A stretch of 64,000 nucleotides of DNA, taken from the IMG/VR virus record IMGVR_UViG_3300043772_001084. One strand, written 5' to 3'. A program made the position numbers and the translations under genes. Position 1 is the first letter of the stretch. The number at the start of each line of letters is the position of its first letter. The DNA is from an uncultured virus (IMG/VR IMGVR_UViG_3300043772_001084). Its lineage: Duplodnaviria > Heunggongvirae > Uroviricota > Caudoviricetes. Below are positions 47,901 to 58,086 of this stretch, one piece after another. The notes under the pieces were generated by a model. It was not told the origin of the DNA and made no database searches. It saw only the letters and a list, made by a program, of their open reading frames with translations.

Positions 47901-49972
47901 TAAATTGTAATGCAAATTTGAATATAAAAGTTGGAAACACATATAAGGTTACATCTGCTGCTGAGATATATTCAATACCCGCTATGGCTTGTAGAAGAGT
48001 TACGATTAAAAACATTAAAGCAAAAGAACCTGTAAAAAAAGAAGGTGGTGGTGGAAATAAAGAACCAGATCCACAAAATGATGAAAAAAAGAAAGTTGTT
48101 GAAAATGTTCAAACTAATCCGGCACAAACAGTCAAACCATCACCAAACATAACGGTAGAACAAAAAATAAAAGATGGTATATCTAAAAAAGTTTTAAGAA
48201 CTTTATTTTCAGAATGTGATTATTTTGAGGTGTTAAAACAATCCGACCCAATGATTTTTCAATCATTAAAAGACAAGATTAAATATTTTAATCCGGCCTT
48301 CCATTCAATGACACCTGAAGGCTTAAATGGTAGATTAACATTTTTAAATCAATGTGTTAGACCTGGACAAACAATACCAATTATTGGTGCCGATGGAAGA
48401 CCAAAATATAATGATGCTTTAAATACAGCATTTGGTGCTCCACCAATTTTAGTATTAAGAGTTGGGGATTTTTACCATAGTAAAATAGTTCCTAGCAACT
48501 TATCATTTGCATATGAAGAAGCTAAATATGATTTAAATCCAGAAGGAATTGGTGTTCAACCTATGATAGTTAAAGTTACATTAGGTTTTGACTTTATTGG
48601 TGGTCACGGATTAAAACAACCTGTTGAGGAATTACAAAATGCACTTTCATTTAATTTTTACGCAAATACTGAAATTTATGATGAAAGAGCAACAGCAACT
48701 GAAGATGTTAGTGCTAGAGACAAATATGTTGTTGAGAAAATATTATCACAACAACCACCGGTGACAACAGCCGAGGTTGAAAACATACAACCGAAAAAAG
48801 GTGGAAATACAATTGGAACAATTTTATCCGAAACACAAATTGATTATACAAAACAATTAAATGAAACTTGGAATAAAACAAAAGAATATTTTGATACCGT
48901 AATTGATACACATATAACCCTATCTAAAAATTTTAATGTTGGGATTGTTTATTTATTATTCTATGAAAGAAATTTTAGTGAAGGTAAATTTGATGAATAT
49001 GGAACCTCATCAACTTTACCTATATATGGAAAACCAAATAAAATAGAAAATAAGGTTGATAAATTATTTAGTGAAACAATTTCAGATGTTAAAAAAAGAA
49101 GAGATCCATTTATGGAAGAGATTGACAAAAGTATTAATTTGAAAAACTCAGAAAAAAAGGAAATTGAAAGAAGATTAATTCAAAGTATTGAAGCAATGCA
49201 GTCAGATTTTTCAATAAATCTTAATAATGATATATCAAATCTTATAAATGTCCAACAAGAATATATTCAAAATATTAGAAAACTTAATCTAATTTTAACA
49301 AAAACCGATGGTTCATTAAATTCAGAAAATAAACCGGTTGTGTATAATTTATCGGCTGAAACAACACCTATTGATACATTCACATTATTGAAAAATAATT
49401 ATAAAAAAATTGAAGATAAGCATAAAATATTTTTTGAAGAGCCAACAAATATCATACAACAAGATAAATTTTTATTTTTGGCTAAAGATCATTATAATCC
49501 ATCTGATGCTCTATTTAAAGATAATACCTTTAGGACTCCTGGCGCTACTTGGACAAATGGTGTCGGAACAACAAATGAAGATTACGCAACAAATAGATTT
49601 TATCAAATTATGGCACAAACTTTCTTTAGTGAATCTAAAAGAAATTCACTTAAAGAATTTATATTGGATAGTCAAATTTTCACAAATAAAGATTTAATTG
49701 GTAAAGAATTAGATAAAGCAATAACTATTTGTGTTACATTATTTAATGGTTATACACAAAAAATTATTGATTCCTATACTAAAATAAAAGACGATGAAAA
49801 ATATAAATCATTAGTTCAATCACCATTAAACGAAACCGACAAATATATTTTTAGTTATACCTCAACAACAAGCGGAACAAACGAACAAAATAATAGAATT
49901 ACCAATTTGTATTCAACTCAAAATCTAAACAATGATTTTAAAACATTTGATGGAAAAGTAAAATTTAATTAA
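44921..49972 (+). CDS. Large baseplate/tail protein with internal OmpA-like domain
   Basis: MWFPPYDL..S.....FLGRPEPIYTY tube-initiator-like motif; YFDND.P...VGSAS...YNKTLSERRIDSV; PPILVLRVGDFY. Confidence 0.65.
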   Translation: MAESLLSFANSSSFRNQLIARNLKPYTVPGVFSSPSTNVNYETNLTVTSVIDSSDTLISTNQFANTLYPLNEYGPEGGFNGKYSIPGSPYPIDSNSGPYDPNDTTLDLINEFFIDAAYVQNIYGPQGGYSDLVVITDVVGNPKLYQPYWDPSSFVASTYKTYDLIFNQNPSGSNGSLSQDTYLARLGAQQLKSAFEERIADQLKKKTIGRLNLDSLEDPFSASLVAAGKEPFIEKNWTITQSESPVEAAVEFGLRLSGTYFPTSTIPGDYFNDINFQAPKLEKALNVVNGVTGGLLGPILDVFRNPSETFVANTGNGQRSILFSSLDYNKYRPKYVRGPLQSITTGLDRILDPNKPNTGGYYVGSPEAEPSQIDSPANQIPVGPGGKQINTIVYGPQELGILYEGNESKLLNGLKGKSLSDGGGISGQFVWTSPKYKDNAGFKQGRNGKVTSLDQQFETIRADYQGYQSTTIPFKEGSILDDTQRLVESADKVTGLSRLKHVGNAINQVSKVFNDGYKELTKGSQVLSYKDNADNTSVGIEYCRVFTKDTPYYTYADLQKSDGITKTGRGFSYSIFDNTYNLNIAPLKNPGSTNIVDNKVKKYMFSIENLAWRTSDRPGFTYDDLPVCERGPNGGRIMWFPPYDLTFSDDSSPEFNKTSFLGRPEPIYTYKNTTRKGSLSWKIIVDHPAVMNTIVQKQLKKADPELVDSILNSFFAGCVKYDLYELGIKFNTIPTRDLFTYQQILNNPRLTSEELGQVAFEIPKKPEEEDKTKNNATGADNVTTGGGSKTKENTTDTIKDIPLDEFINYGFYFDNDCPECKGSWSKTASQPYDSWYDGYIGNKGKYDTSAPAITYTKEGTTYKEWSKAGIPNFFTQVVEGNFNKIKGDLLTKIGEILLNGGEVSIDLVGSASAVQTPAYNKTLSERRIDSVIQWFKKQQDKNGKSFEDYVTNKKLIIKGDPRGEEIVIPKSSAEAVSGPTVVGSGEQGVLSDSVNCNANLNIKVGNTYKVTSAAEIYSIPAMACRRVTIKNIKAKEPVKKEGGGGNKEPDPQNDEKKKVVENVQTNPAQTVKPSPNITVEQKIKDGISKKVLRTLFSECDYFEVLKQSDPMIFQSLKDKIKYFNPAFHSMTPEGLNGRLTFLNQCVRPGQTIPIIGADGRPKYNDALNTAFGAPPILVLRVGDFYHSKIVPSNLSFAYEEAKYDLNPEGIGVQPMIVKVTLGFDFIGGHGLKQPVEELQNALSFNFYANTEIYDERATATEDVSARDKYVVEKILSQQPPVTTAEVENIQPKKGGNTIGTILSETQIDYTKQLNETWNKTKEYFDTVIDTHITLSKNFNVGIVYLLFYERNFSEGKFDEYGTSSTLPIYGKPNKIENKVDKLFSETISDVKKRRDPFMEEIDKSINLKNSEKKEIERRLIQSIEAMQSDFSINLNNDISNLINVQQEYIQNIRKLNLILTKTDGSLNSENKPVVYNLSAETTPIDTFTLLKNNYKKIEDKHKIFFEEPTNIIQQDKFLFLAKDHYNPSDALFKDNTFRTPGATWTNGVGTTNEDYATNRFYQIMAQTFFSESKRNSLKEFILDSQIFTNKDLIGKELDKAITICVTLFNGYTQKIIDSYTKIKDDEKYKSLVQSPLNETDKYIFSYTSTTSGTNEQNNRITNLYSTQNLNNDFKTFDGKVKFN

Positions 49973-49973
49973 G

Positions 49974-50297
49974 ATGAATCTACAATATTACAACAGATAT
50001 AGTCAATTTTTGGTAAATGGAGAACAACAAGTTGTCCCATATATTAGCCTACCAGCAAAAGCAACAGATAAAAATTACATTTATATTGTTGGGCAATCAA
50101 GACTTGATAAAATATCTTTCCAATTTTATGGAACACCTTTTTTTGGTTGGTTAATACAACAAGCAAACCCCCAATATTCAGGATCCGAATGGAGTATCCC
50201 AGATGGTGCAATATTGACAATTCCATTTCCTTTACTAACATCATTACAAGATTACAATAACGAATTAAACAACCATTTCTTTTATTATGGTAGATAA
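49974..50297 (+). CDS. Baseplate wedge protein, LysM-like (gp53/gpX-like)
   Basis: SRLDKISFQFYGTPFFGWLIQQANP...IPDGAILTIP. Confidence 0.75.
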   Translation: MNLQYYNRYSQFLVNGEQQVVPYISLPAKATDKNYIYIVGQSRLDKISFQFYGTPFFGWLIQQANPQYSGSEWSIPDGAILTIPFPLLTSLQDYNNELNNHFFYYGR

Positions 50298-53200
50298 TGG
50301 AGAAAATATTTTAGTAGAATTTGATTACGACAACATATCCCTTATAGACCCAAATAAAGTAATAGATCAAGATGGTAAAGTAAGAGATAGGTTAGTTAAA
50401 CAAGAAAACTTGGTTATGTATGCTAACCTTGAGTGTAGTGTTGTACCTAGAACAAAACTTGCTATTGGTGCCCCACTAAATGATAATGTAAGAACAATTT
50501 CTGTTGGAAAAATAAACTTTTTAAATCCGGGTTTTAAAACATTTTTAAATAATAACTGGACTGATGAGATTACAGGTAAGGGTGCGATTAAGGGTGAGGG
50601 TGTAAATCAACCTAAACTAAATGCGGTTAAAAACCCAAAAAAATCCGATGATTATTATATAACACAATCACTATATTCAAACGGAACACCTGGTGCTGTT
50701 GATAATGGACTATTGGGTATTAAGGGTATTGAAGTTGCAATTGATACTAATTTCTATCCACAAGTAACAATTCAATTAGAAGATGTTAAAGGTAGAGGTT
50801 TATTTGAGGGTGGTAATAATTCACCATATGCGGCTTTTTTCCAATTACCATACCCAATATTTTATTTAACATTAAAAGGTTATTATGGGAAAGCGGTAAG
50901 AATGCCCTTAATGTTGCAAACATTCAACTCAACATTTGACGGTACATCTGGAAATTTTAAAATAACTTTGAAATTATATGGATATAAATATGGTGTAATG
51001 TCCTATATAAATTGGGGACATATGTTGGCAGTTCCTCATATGTATAATTCATTTGTAAACACCGGACAAGTATCACAAGGTAGCCCAACACCAACAAATG
51101 GTGTATCAAAACAAGCTTCAGATAATGTAAAACCGGTTGCAGTATCAAGAGGGTATCAAAAAATGAAAGAATTATATTCGGAATATAAATCAAAAGGTTT
51201 AATTGACGATGATTTTCCAGAATACAGTTTGTTTCAACTTAAAAGTAAGTTAGATACTTTTATAAAAGATATTTTAGAAAAATTTACAAAAGAAAATTTA
51301 GGGTCATTAACCGAACTTGAAAATTTTCAAACATTACTTACAGAATTCCAAAAGAAAGTATTCTTTGATGGTAGTTCTTGGTATAGAACATATATGGATT
51401 TCAAATTTCCATTAGTATTAACCGATAATACAAAAGTTTTCACATTCAAAAAAGATTATGATACGGCTCAGAAAAAAACTGATGCAATAACAGAATTGGA
51501 TGGTATAATAAAAGATTTTACAAAAAGACTAGAATCAAATAGTGTTGCCGGTAAAAACGGAAGTTATACTGTTGGGGGAAAACAAACAAAAAGTCAGGTT
51601 CCGGTGAATGTTACAATAGATAAATTTTACAAAACAATAACCGTTAATGATGTTGATTTTACTAAATCGTTTAATGAGGCTTATGGTAAAACGACAACTG
51701 GCGGAACTTTAGTTCAAGAATTTGCGCTTGCCAAATCACTTGAAATACCAACAAGTCAATATTTTGTTTTTGATGGAAAAGGAACATTTAACGATATTTG
51801 TAACCAAGCGGCTAAAGAAGTTACAACTTTAAGAACTGAAATTGAAAAACAAATTACAGATAATTTAGCTGAACAATTAGCTAGAAAAGATAGTGGTATT
51901 GGTTTTAAACCAACCGTTAGAAACATACTTGCCGTTTTCTTTGCTCAAGGTGAAGCATTTTTAAGATTAATGGATGATGTTCATAATGCCGCATGGGAAG
52001 TAAGAGATGATCCATATAGGAGAGCTTCCGTATTTGGAACAACAACAGCACAAAGTGTTGATGTTAAAAACGCACAACAAGCAACAGAACCAATTTATCC
52101 TTGGCCACAAATTATTTTGGAAAATCAAGGTGATGATTCACAAGAAAAGTTTGCATTAAAATATCCAGGTGATCCAAAACTATCATCAATTACAAAAGCG
52201 TATATTCCAGAATTATGGCCGGAGGTTGAATTTGTTGAAGAATATATTAAAGGTTTTATTGAAAGGGAAGCACCAGAACCAGATTTGGGTGATTCAAATA
52301 ATTCAGAACAACAACCTTTGAGATTAAGTTTAAATGCAATTGATTTTCCTGTATCTAATGAAGTTTTCCAAAACAAAGAAGAAGTAAAATTTTATTATGA
52401 AATTTATGAAAGGGTTATGGTTAATACATTCTTTTCTAAATTAAGTAGAGTTGATGGTTATCAATCAAGTGTTTATTTGGTAGAATCAGAAAATGAAAAA
52501 ATAAATGCTTTGAAAGCATTGGGTAGTGATAATCCATTTTTAATTAAAAAATTAAAACAATATCTAATTGATGGAAATAATTATCAGACATTTTTAAGAC
52601 ACATCTCAAATCAAGGTGAAGGAGAAAGTTGGCAAAAATTTATACGAGGTGAATTTGTTACACCATACATAAAAAATAAAACAAACACACCATTTCAGTT
52701 ATTTAACAAAAACATATTGTTAAGTCCATCATCACAACCAAATGTTTCAGCAACACAACAAAGTAAAATTGAAGACTATATTCAGGTTAAAACATATAGT
52801 AATCAGTTTGATTTTACGGATATGTATCCAATTACAAATCTTGATTGGTGTAAAAATTATTTGGCAAATGGTAATGGAATAAATGGTGTTAATGAGATTT
52901 TTAATACAAATAAAATACTACACTATAATACAATACAAAAAACAATTACAAACTTTAAAAGTGATGATACGACAGATACAAAAAGACCTATTACAAATTT
53001 TAATTATACCCCAGACATTTTTAATCAAACGATAAATTCAAACCTTAAAGAATTTTATAATAATAGAAAATTTGAAAATCAGTTCATAACCGAAGGGAAT
53101 ATAAATTATTCAGGATATAATGGTTATTTGAGTGAAAATCAAACAACATCAATAATGAATACACCATATTTTATAAATGCAATACAAAATGGTGTGTTTA

Positions 53201-56200
53201 ACTTTAGATATAAGTCAAATGATTTAAGTCCATATAAGGCGGCAGCATATCTTTTTATTAATAGCTTACCAATTGCAACATTGAGAGAAAGATTTAAAAC
53301 AAAGGACGCTTCTGAAGATTTGGATTATATTGTATCAACACTTAAAAAGTTTGGTGGGGTTCATAAATTACCTTATGTTTGGATATTAAAATATGGGTCA
53401 ATTTGGCACAGATATAAAACTTGGAATAGAGAAGGAAAAGACATATTGGATAATTCTTGGAAAGATTTTAATTATTTATCAAATTATGATCCGGTAAATT
53501 CTGCAACAACAAAAACATACAATTTAAATATTGATGGGACACAACGAAATATTGTTTTAAGTCAAAATTTTGGAACTGGAGCATACACAACATATGTTAA
53601 TACAGGGTTTTATCCAAAACTTATTGATGATATGAATGTCTTTTTACAAGGTTTAAAACTGTTTAGTGGGTCCACACAACTAAATGGAACCTGTGATGTA
53701 TTTAACAACACAATGGTTGTATATACGGTAAATGATAATACATTAACACCTGGATATAAACTATCTGGTCCTGGTATAGATTTAGATACTACAATTGTAT
53801 CACAATTAAGTGGTGCAACCGGGGGACCTGGGATTTATCAAATCACACCATCTCAAAATTTAGATAAAATAAACGGAACTTGTAATATATCTGGAACAAC
53901 ACTTGAACTTACTTTTATAACTGGTGGAACATTAAATATTAATGCAACAATTGCTGGACCTAATATTATACCAGGAACCAAAATAGTTTCTAAAATAACT
54001 GGAAGCTCAAACCCTAATTTGGTTTATACAATAGATACACCACAAAATTATTCTGGTGCAACATTTTTTGTGTCAACACCTGCCGATTTTTTTGTAACCA
54101 ACTCACAAACATCTGGGTATGGTCAAGCTGAAGTCCAAACTTTAATTGATAATAAAAAATTGGTATTAACAACAAACATAAATTCTAAAATTATAAAGAC
54201 AGCTGGTTTTGACCCAAATAACCCAAATAGAAATTTAAACCTAACACCTTGGTCTGTATTATCAAAATTCACAAACGAAGATAAATATTATGTATTACCA
54301 TCTTTTGGTAATGTAAAAAATCAAGTTGGGGATGAGTGTTTCAAAAATGGAAGTTTAAAACTAGAAATCACCGGAAACACTGCTGTATTTAATGGTTCAG
54401 CTAGAATGTTCTGGGGCGCACCAAATTACGGATATTTTGATAATGGCAAATTACAAATACCAGACCCAGACTCATATTTGAAACAAATTTTTAATGATAA
54501 AAAAATACAAGAAAATTTCTCAATAAGTGGAGATAAATCAAAATACACTAAAATATCTGAAATTTTTACAACATTTGAAACAAAAGTTTTAGATGCGTTT
54601 GAAGAGGAGTTTTTAAATTATAGTAGATCAATATATGATTACAAAACAGTAATTGCCGCTGAAGAAGGTGAAGAAACTGAAACTGAAATAGCAATAAAAA
54701 ACTTTCAGTATTTTATGAGGTTATTAATGAAGATTGAAAAACCAACTTCAATTGGGACCGAAGGGTTAATTGATGAGGTTATAACAAAACAAAATTTAAA
54801 TTTTCAATCATTATTTAATAGTTTAATGACTTATGACACGGTGTTTAGATTTGGAAACCCAACGATGTTTGATAAAAGATTATTTTATACATTTTCAACA
54901 AAATTTATTGAAGAACCAATATCATATCAAGGATATAACCAAAGTATGGCAGGGTTTTTACCAACATCCGGAGGAACAGTTACTTTAGCACAATCAAAAG
55001 CGGCATATCCAGAAACTTGGAAAGATTTAGAGTATTATGTTGGTTTTTCTGAAATACCAGAATTAAAATATAGTGATAATGGTTCATATATAACAGATTT
55101 CTTTGTTGATATGAATGTTCAGTTTTCACAAAAAAATGTAAAAGATTTTGCACCAATAATTAAATTATATGCGACACAAAAATTATTAGATCCAACAATG
55201 AATGTGTCAAAGTTTTTTACACTTATGAACACATATATAGATACTTGTGAGTTGTATCTCACAAATGTGATAAATGATTTAATGACTGGAATACGAAATG
55301 AATTACCAGATGTTTCAATTGTAAAACAAAATCCAGATCAAAAAGCACCATTAGTTGGGGATCAAAGTAGAGATGAATTATGGGATTCCTTTAAATCACT
55401 AAACGATACTTGGATTTCTGGTCTTGACCTTAAAACAAAAACATTGTTTGAGGACATTCTATTATTTGATAGGGCTTGTAGAGATGTTGGACAGAAAGTT
55501 CTTTGTGATATTTTTAAAATTAAAGATTTGATAGAAACATCATTACCAAACAATAAAATGGAAAATTTGATTAAAACAATTTTAGTTGATAATAATTTTA
55601 GTTTCTTTCCACTTCCCGCTTATAGTAATTTTTATAATGCACAAGAAGTTGTTAAAAATCCAGTTCCACAACCAGAAGGAACCACAGAATTTGCAAGCTC
55701 AATGTGGGGAACATTTTTAAATGTTGATTATAGAAATACATCACCAAAATATTTGTGTTATTATAAAAGTGTCCCAAGTAATCACCTTGCGATGAATGAT
55801 AATGCGGATTACAAATTTAGAGACGACGCATTTGATTTAAGGAGAGCTAGTGACAATCCATTACTTGAAAATCAATTAAATAAGACAAATTGGGATAAAT
55901 CAAATAAAGTTTGTGGTTTTAATGTAGATTTTAGTAATCAAAATCAACAGATATTTTACCAAATTAATTTACAACAAAGTGTTGGAAAACCAACAGCAGA
56001 ATCACTTGAAATGATAAATCAAATGGCTAACTCTAGTAGAAATAGAGGAACTGGTTCCCAAAGTGTATCACTATACAATATATATAAAAATAGAAGTTAT
56101 GAATGCACACTTGATATGATGGGTAATGCTTTAATGCAACCAATGATGTATTTTAATTTAAGAAATGTTCCGATGTTTAGTGGACCATATATGATTACAA

Positions 56201-57012
56201 AAATATCACATAGTATAAGTGAGGGTGATTTTAAAACAAGTATCACAGGGACAAGACAACCGTTCTATGATTTACCAAAAGTAGATAATTTTATTCAGGC
56301 GTTAAGTTTTAAAATAATTGATAAATTGAAAGATCAGTTACAGAAAAAAGAAATTGCTCAAACATCATCAAGTGGAAATGTAATTACACAATTAAACAAT
56401 GTTATTTCCACCGTTTCTGAAAAAGACACACTAACAACAAATCAAAATTGCTCTTCAAAACTAAACCCTAATTACCAAGGATTTACAAATGTTGCAAATC
56501 CAAGTTTAATAACAATAGCAGCAAAAGAATTTAATGTCTTATTACGAGATAAAGTAAGGGCTAATGGTTATAAAGCACAATCAGAAGAAGAAGTTCGTTT
56601 AAGACAATTGTTATTTATTTTAATTCATATGGATTCTGGTAGCGGAAATAATTTTAAAGCTTATGATAATAATTTTTCTTCAGTTTCATTAGATCAAACC
56701 TATGGTCCTGAATTTATTTCATTTGTTGATAAAAATTATTATTGCGTGAATAGAGGAACAATTAAAGATATACCAATGGTAAAATTTACTTCTACGGCAA
56801 AATATCTTGATTTTGTAATATCAAAATCACCAGCTATATTAAAGAGTTTTTTGAGCGATAAATCACCACAAAACATAATTAAAATTTATGTTTCTTCTTG
56901 GCCTGTAATTAGAAATGGTAATGTCTATGACAAATTAACCGAACAAGATAAGAAAAAATTGGAAAATGCGTTAGAAAAAGCTAATGATTTATTTAATTCA
57001 GTGAATAGTTAA
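50287..57012 (+). CDS. Very large baseplate hub/tail protein
   Basis: 2241 aa; N-terminal LLGIKGI...PQVTIQLEDVKG and C-terminal MMGNALMQPMMYF...FSGPYMITKISHSI (gp27/gpD-like hub motifs). Confidence 0.6.
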   Translation: MVDNGENILVEFDYDNISLIDPNKVIDQDGKVRDRLVKQENLVMYANLECSVVPRTKLAIGAPLNDNVRTISVGKINFLNPGFKTFLNNNWTDEITGKGAIKGEGVNQPKLNAVKNPKKSDDYYITQSLYSNGTPGAVDNGLLGIKGIEVAIDTNFYPQVTIQLEDVKGRGLFEGGNNSPYAAFFQLPYPIFYLTLKGYYGKAVRMPLMLQTFNSTFDGTSGNFKITLKLYGYKYGVMSYINWGHMLAVPHMYNSFVNTGQVSQGSPTPTNGVSKQASDNVKPVAVSRGYQKMKELYSEYKSKGLIDDDFPEYSLFQLKSKLDTFIKDILEKFTKENLGSLTELENFQTLLTEFQKKVFFDGSSWYRTYMDFKFPLVLTDNTKVFTFKKDYDTAQKKTDAITELDGIIKDFTKRLESNSVAGKNGSYTVGGKQTKSQVPVNVTIDKFYKTITVNDVDFTKSFNEAYGKTTTGGTLVQEFALAKSLEIPTSQYFVFDGKGTFNDICNQAAKEVTTLRTEIEKQITDNLAEQLARKDSGIGFKPTVRNILAVFFAQGEAFLRLMDDVHNAAWEVRDDPYRRASVFGTTTAQSVDVKNAQQATEPIYPWPQIILENQGDDSQEKFALKYPGDPKLSSITKAYIPELWPEVEFVEEYIKGFIEREAPEPDLGDSNNSEQQPLRLSLNAIDFPVSNEVFQNKEEVKFYYEIYERVMVNTFFSKLSRVDGYQSSVYLVESENEKINALKALGSDNPFLIKKLKQYLIDGNNYQTFLRHISNQGEGESWQKFIRGEFVTPYIKNKTNTPFQLFNKNILLSPSSQPNVSATQQSKIEDYIQVKTYSNQFDFTDMYPITNLDWCKNYLANGNGINGVNEIFNTNKILHYNTIQKTITNFKSDDTTDTKRPITNFNYTPDIFNQTINSNLKEFYNNRKFENQFITEGNINYSGYNGYLSENQTTSIMNTPYFINAIQNGVFNFRYKSNDLSPYKAAAYLFINSLPIATLRERFKTKDASEDLDYIVSTLKKFGGVHKLPYVWILKYGSIWHRYKTWNREGKDILDNSWKDFNYLSNYDPVNSATTKTYNLNIDGTQRNIVLSQNFGTGAYTTYVNTGFYPKLIDDMNVFLQGLKLFSGSTQLNGTCDVFNNTMVVYTVNDNTLTPGYKLSGPGIDLDTTIVSQLSGATGGPGIYQITPSQNLDKINGTCNISGTTLELTFITGGTLNINATIAGPNIIPGTKIVSKITGSSNPNLVYTIDTPQNYSGATFFVSTPADFFVTNSQTSGYGQAEVQTLIDNKKLVLTTNINSKIIKTAGFDPNNPNRNLNLTPWSVLSKFTNEDKYYVLPSFGNVKNQVGDECFKNGSLKLEITGNTAVFNGSARMFWGAPNYGYFDNGKLQIPDPDSYLKQIFNDKKIQENFSISGDKSKYTKISEIFTTFETKVLDAFEEEFLNYSRSIYDYKTVIAAEEGEETETEIAIKNFQYFMRLLMKIEKPTSIGTEGLIDEVITKQNLNFQSLFNSLMTYDTVFRFGNPTMFDKRLFYTFSTKFIEEPISYQGYNQSMAGFLPTSGGTVTLAQSKAAYPETWKDLEYYVGFSEIPELKYSDNGSYITDFFVDMNVQFSQKNVKDFAPIIKLYATQKLLDPTMNVSKFFTLMNTYIDTCELYLTNVINDLMTGIRNELPDVSIVKQNPDQKAPLVGDQSRDELWDSFKSLNDTWISGLDLKTKTLFEDILLFDRACRDVGQKVLCDIFKIKDLIETSLPNNKMENLIKTILVDNNFSFFPLPAYSNFYNAQEVVKNPVPQPEGTTEFASSMWGTFLNVDYRNTSPKYLCYYKSVPSNHLAMNDNADYKFRDDAFDLRRASDNPLLENQLNKTNWDKSNKVCGFNVDFSNQNQQIFYQINLQQSVGKPTAESLEMINQMANSSRNRGTGSQSVSLYNIYKNRSYECTLDMMGNALMQPMMYFNLRNVPMFSGPYMITKISHSISEGDFKTSITGTRQPFYDLPKVDNFIQALSFKIIDKLKDQLQKKEIAQTSSSGNVITQLNNVISTVSEKDTLTTNQNCSSKLNPNYQGFTNVANPSLITIAAKEFNVLLRDKVRANGYKAQSEEEVRLRQLLFILIHMDSGSGNNFKAYDNNFSSVSLDQTYGPEFISFVDKNYYCVNRGTIKDIPMVKFTSTAKYLDFVISKSPAILKSFLSDKSPQNIIKIYVSSWPVIRNGNVYDKLTEQDKKKLENALEKANDLFNSVNS

Positions 57013-57053
57013 TAGTTTTTTTTAAAATATAAGATATTTATAATAAAAAAAAT

Positions 57054-57281
57054 ATGAATAATACTAAATTAATATTAGACAATTATTTGGGTAAAAATAC
57101 CAGAATGTCAGAAAAAGAATTGGGTAACGGAATGAAACAAGTATGTGATTTAGATACTGGAGATTGTTATGTCGTTAAAGAAAAAGATGGTCTTATTGAA
57201 AGAGTTGATAATACAATGAGAACAAATAAAAAAATCCAAGTTGAAACAACTACAGGAATAAAAACATTATTAAACGGATAG
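57054..57281 (+). CDS. Hypothetical protein
   Basis: 75-aa ORF with VCDLDTGDCY; TATTTAT upstream at 57035. Confidence 0.65.
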   Translation: MNNTKLILDNYLGKNTRMSEKELGNGMKQVCDLDTGDCYVVKEKDGLIERVDNTMRTNKKIQVETTTGIKTLLNG

Positions 57282-57283
57282 AA

Positions 57284-57976
57284 ATGGGTATTGATACTAA
57301 AATATTAGAAGAAATTAAAAGATTTAAAAAAATCAATCAATATATTGTTGAACAAGAAGATCCTATGGCAGATCCGGCGGCAGCGGGAGCACCACCAGTA
57401 GACCCTATGGCAGCCCCAGTAGATCCTATGGCAGCCCCAGTGGACCCAACTGCAGCTCCAGTAGATCCGGCAGCAGCTCCAGCACCAGCAGACCCAGCGG
57501 CTACGACACCACCAGTACCAGCGGCTCCAGTCGATGTTGAAGCTGATGATGAGGTTGAAGTTGTGGATGATGAAGGAAAATCAGAAAAAGAAGAATTAGA
57601 AATAACAGATCTTGTTGATACACAGAACTCAATTAAAGATAAACAAGATGAATATTTTGACCAATTATTTGGCCAACTAAAATCATTAGAAGATAAATTA
57701 TCAGAAATGGATCAATTGGTCACAAAGATTGATGGTTTAGAAACTAAAATTGAAAAAATGAGACCTAAAACAAATAAAGAAAAGTTAGAATTGAGAACTT
57801 TAGATTCAGGTCCATTTAATCAAAAGTTGTCTGATTTTTTTACAGATAAAGAACAAGAATTTGAAAAAACCGGAAAAGAATACGAATTAACAGTTGACGA
57901 TGTTAAACAATATTCTTCAAATGAGATTGAAGATTCTTTTGAAGAATACGATCAAGACGAAAAAGATATGATGTAA
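57284..57976 (+). CDS. Acidic protein with Pro/Ala-rich linker and coiled coil (possible head/scaffold-type protein)
   Basis: ILEEIKRF...IVEQE leader, PVDPMAA repeats, heptad region. Confidence 0.65.
   Translation: MGIDTKILEEIKRFKKINQYIVEQEDPMADPAAAGAPPVDPMAAPVDPMAAPVDPTAAPVDPAAAPAPADPAATTPPVPAAPVDVEADDEVEVVDDEGKSEKEELEITDLVDTQNSIKDKQDEYFDQLFGQLKSLEDKLSEMDQLVTKIDGLETKIEKMRPKTNKEKLELRTLDSGPFNQKLSDFFTDKEQEFEKTGKEYELTVDDVKQYSSNEIEDSFEEYDQDEKDMM
57358..57535 (+). repeat. 21-nt tandem repeats coding PVDP(M/T/A)AA
   Basis: ccagtagaccctatggcagcc-like units; a locally GC-rich island. Confidence 0.8.
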
Positions 57977-57981
57977 TATTT

Positions 57982-58014
57982 TGAGAGGGACATTTAAGTC
58001 CCTTTCATTTTTTT
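57982..58014 (+). terminator. Rho-independent terminator ending the structural module
   Basis: TGAGAGGGAC-atttaa-GTCCCTTTCA followed by T7. Confidence 0.8.
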
Positions 58015-58026
58015 AATTTTAACTTA

Positions 58027-58055
58027 TTGACTGCGACACTAATTTAACTTATACT
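58027..58055 (+). promoter_or_regulatory. Sigma70-type promoter for the SSB gene
   Basis: TTGACT (58027-58032), 17-nt spacer, TATACT (58050-58055). Confidence 0.7.
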
Positions 58056-58086
58056 TTCTATTGTAAACTTTTAATAAATAATATAT

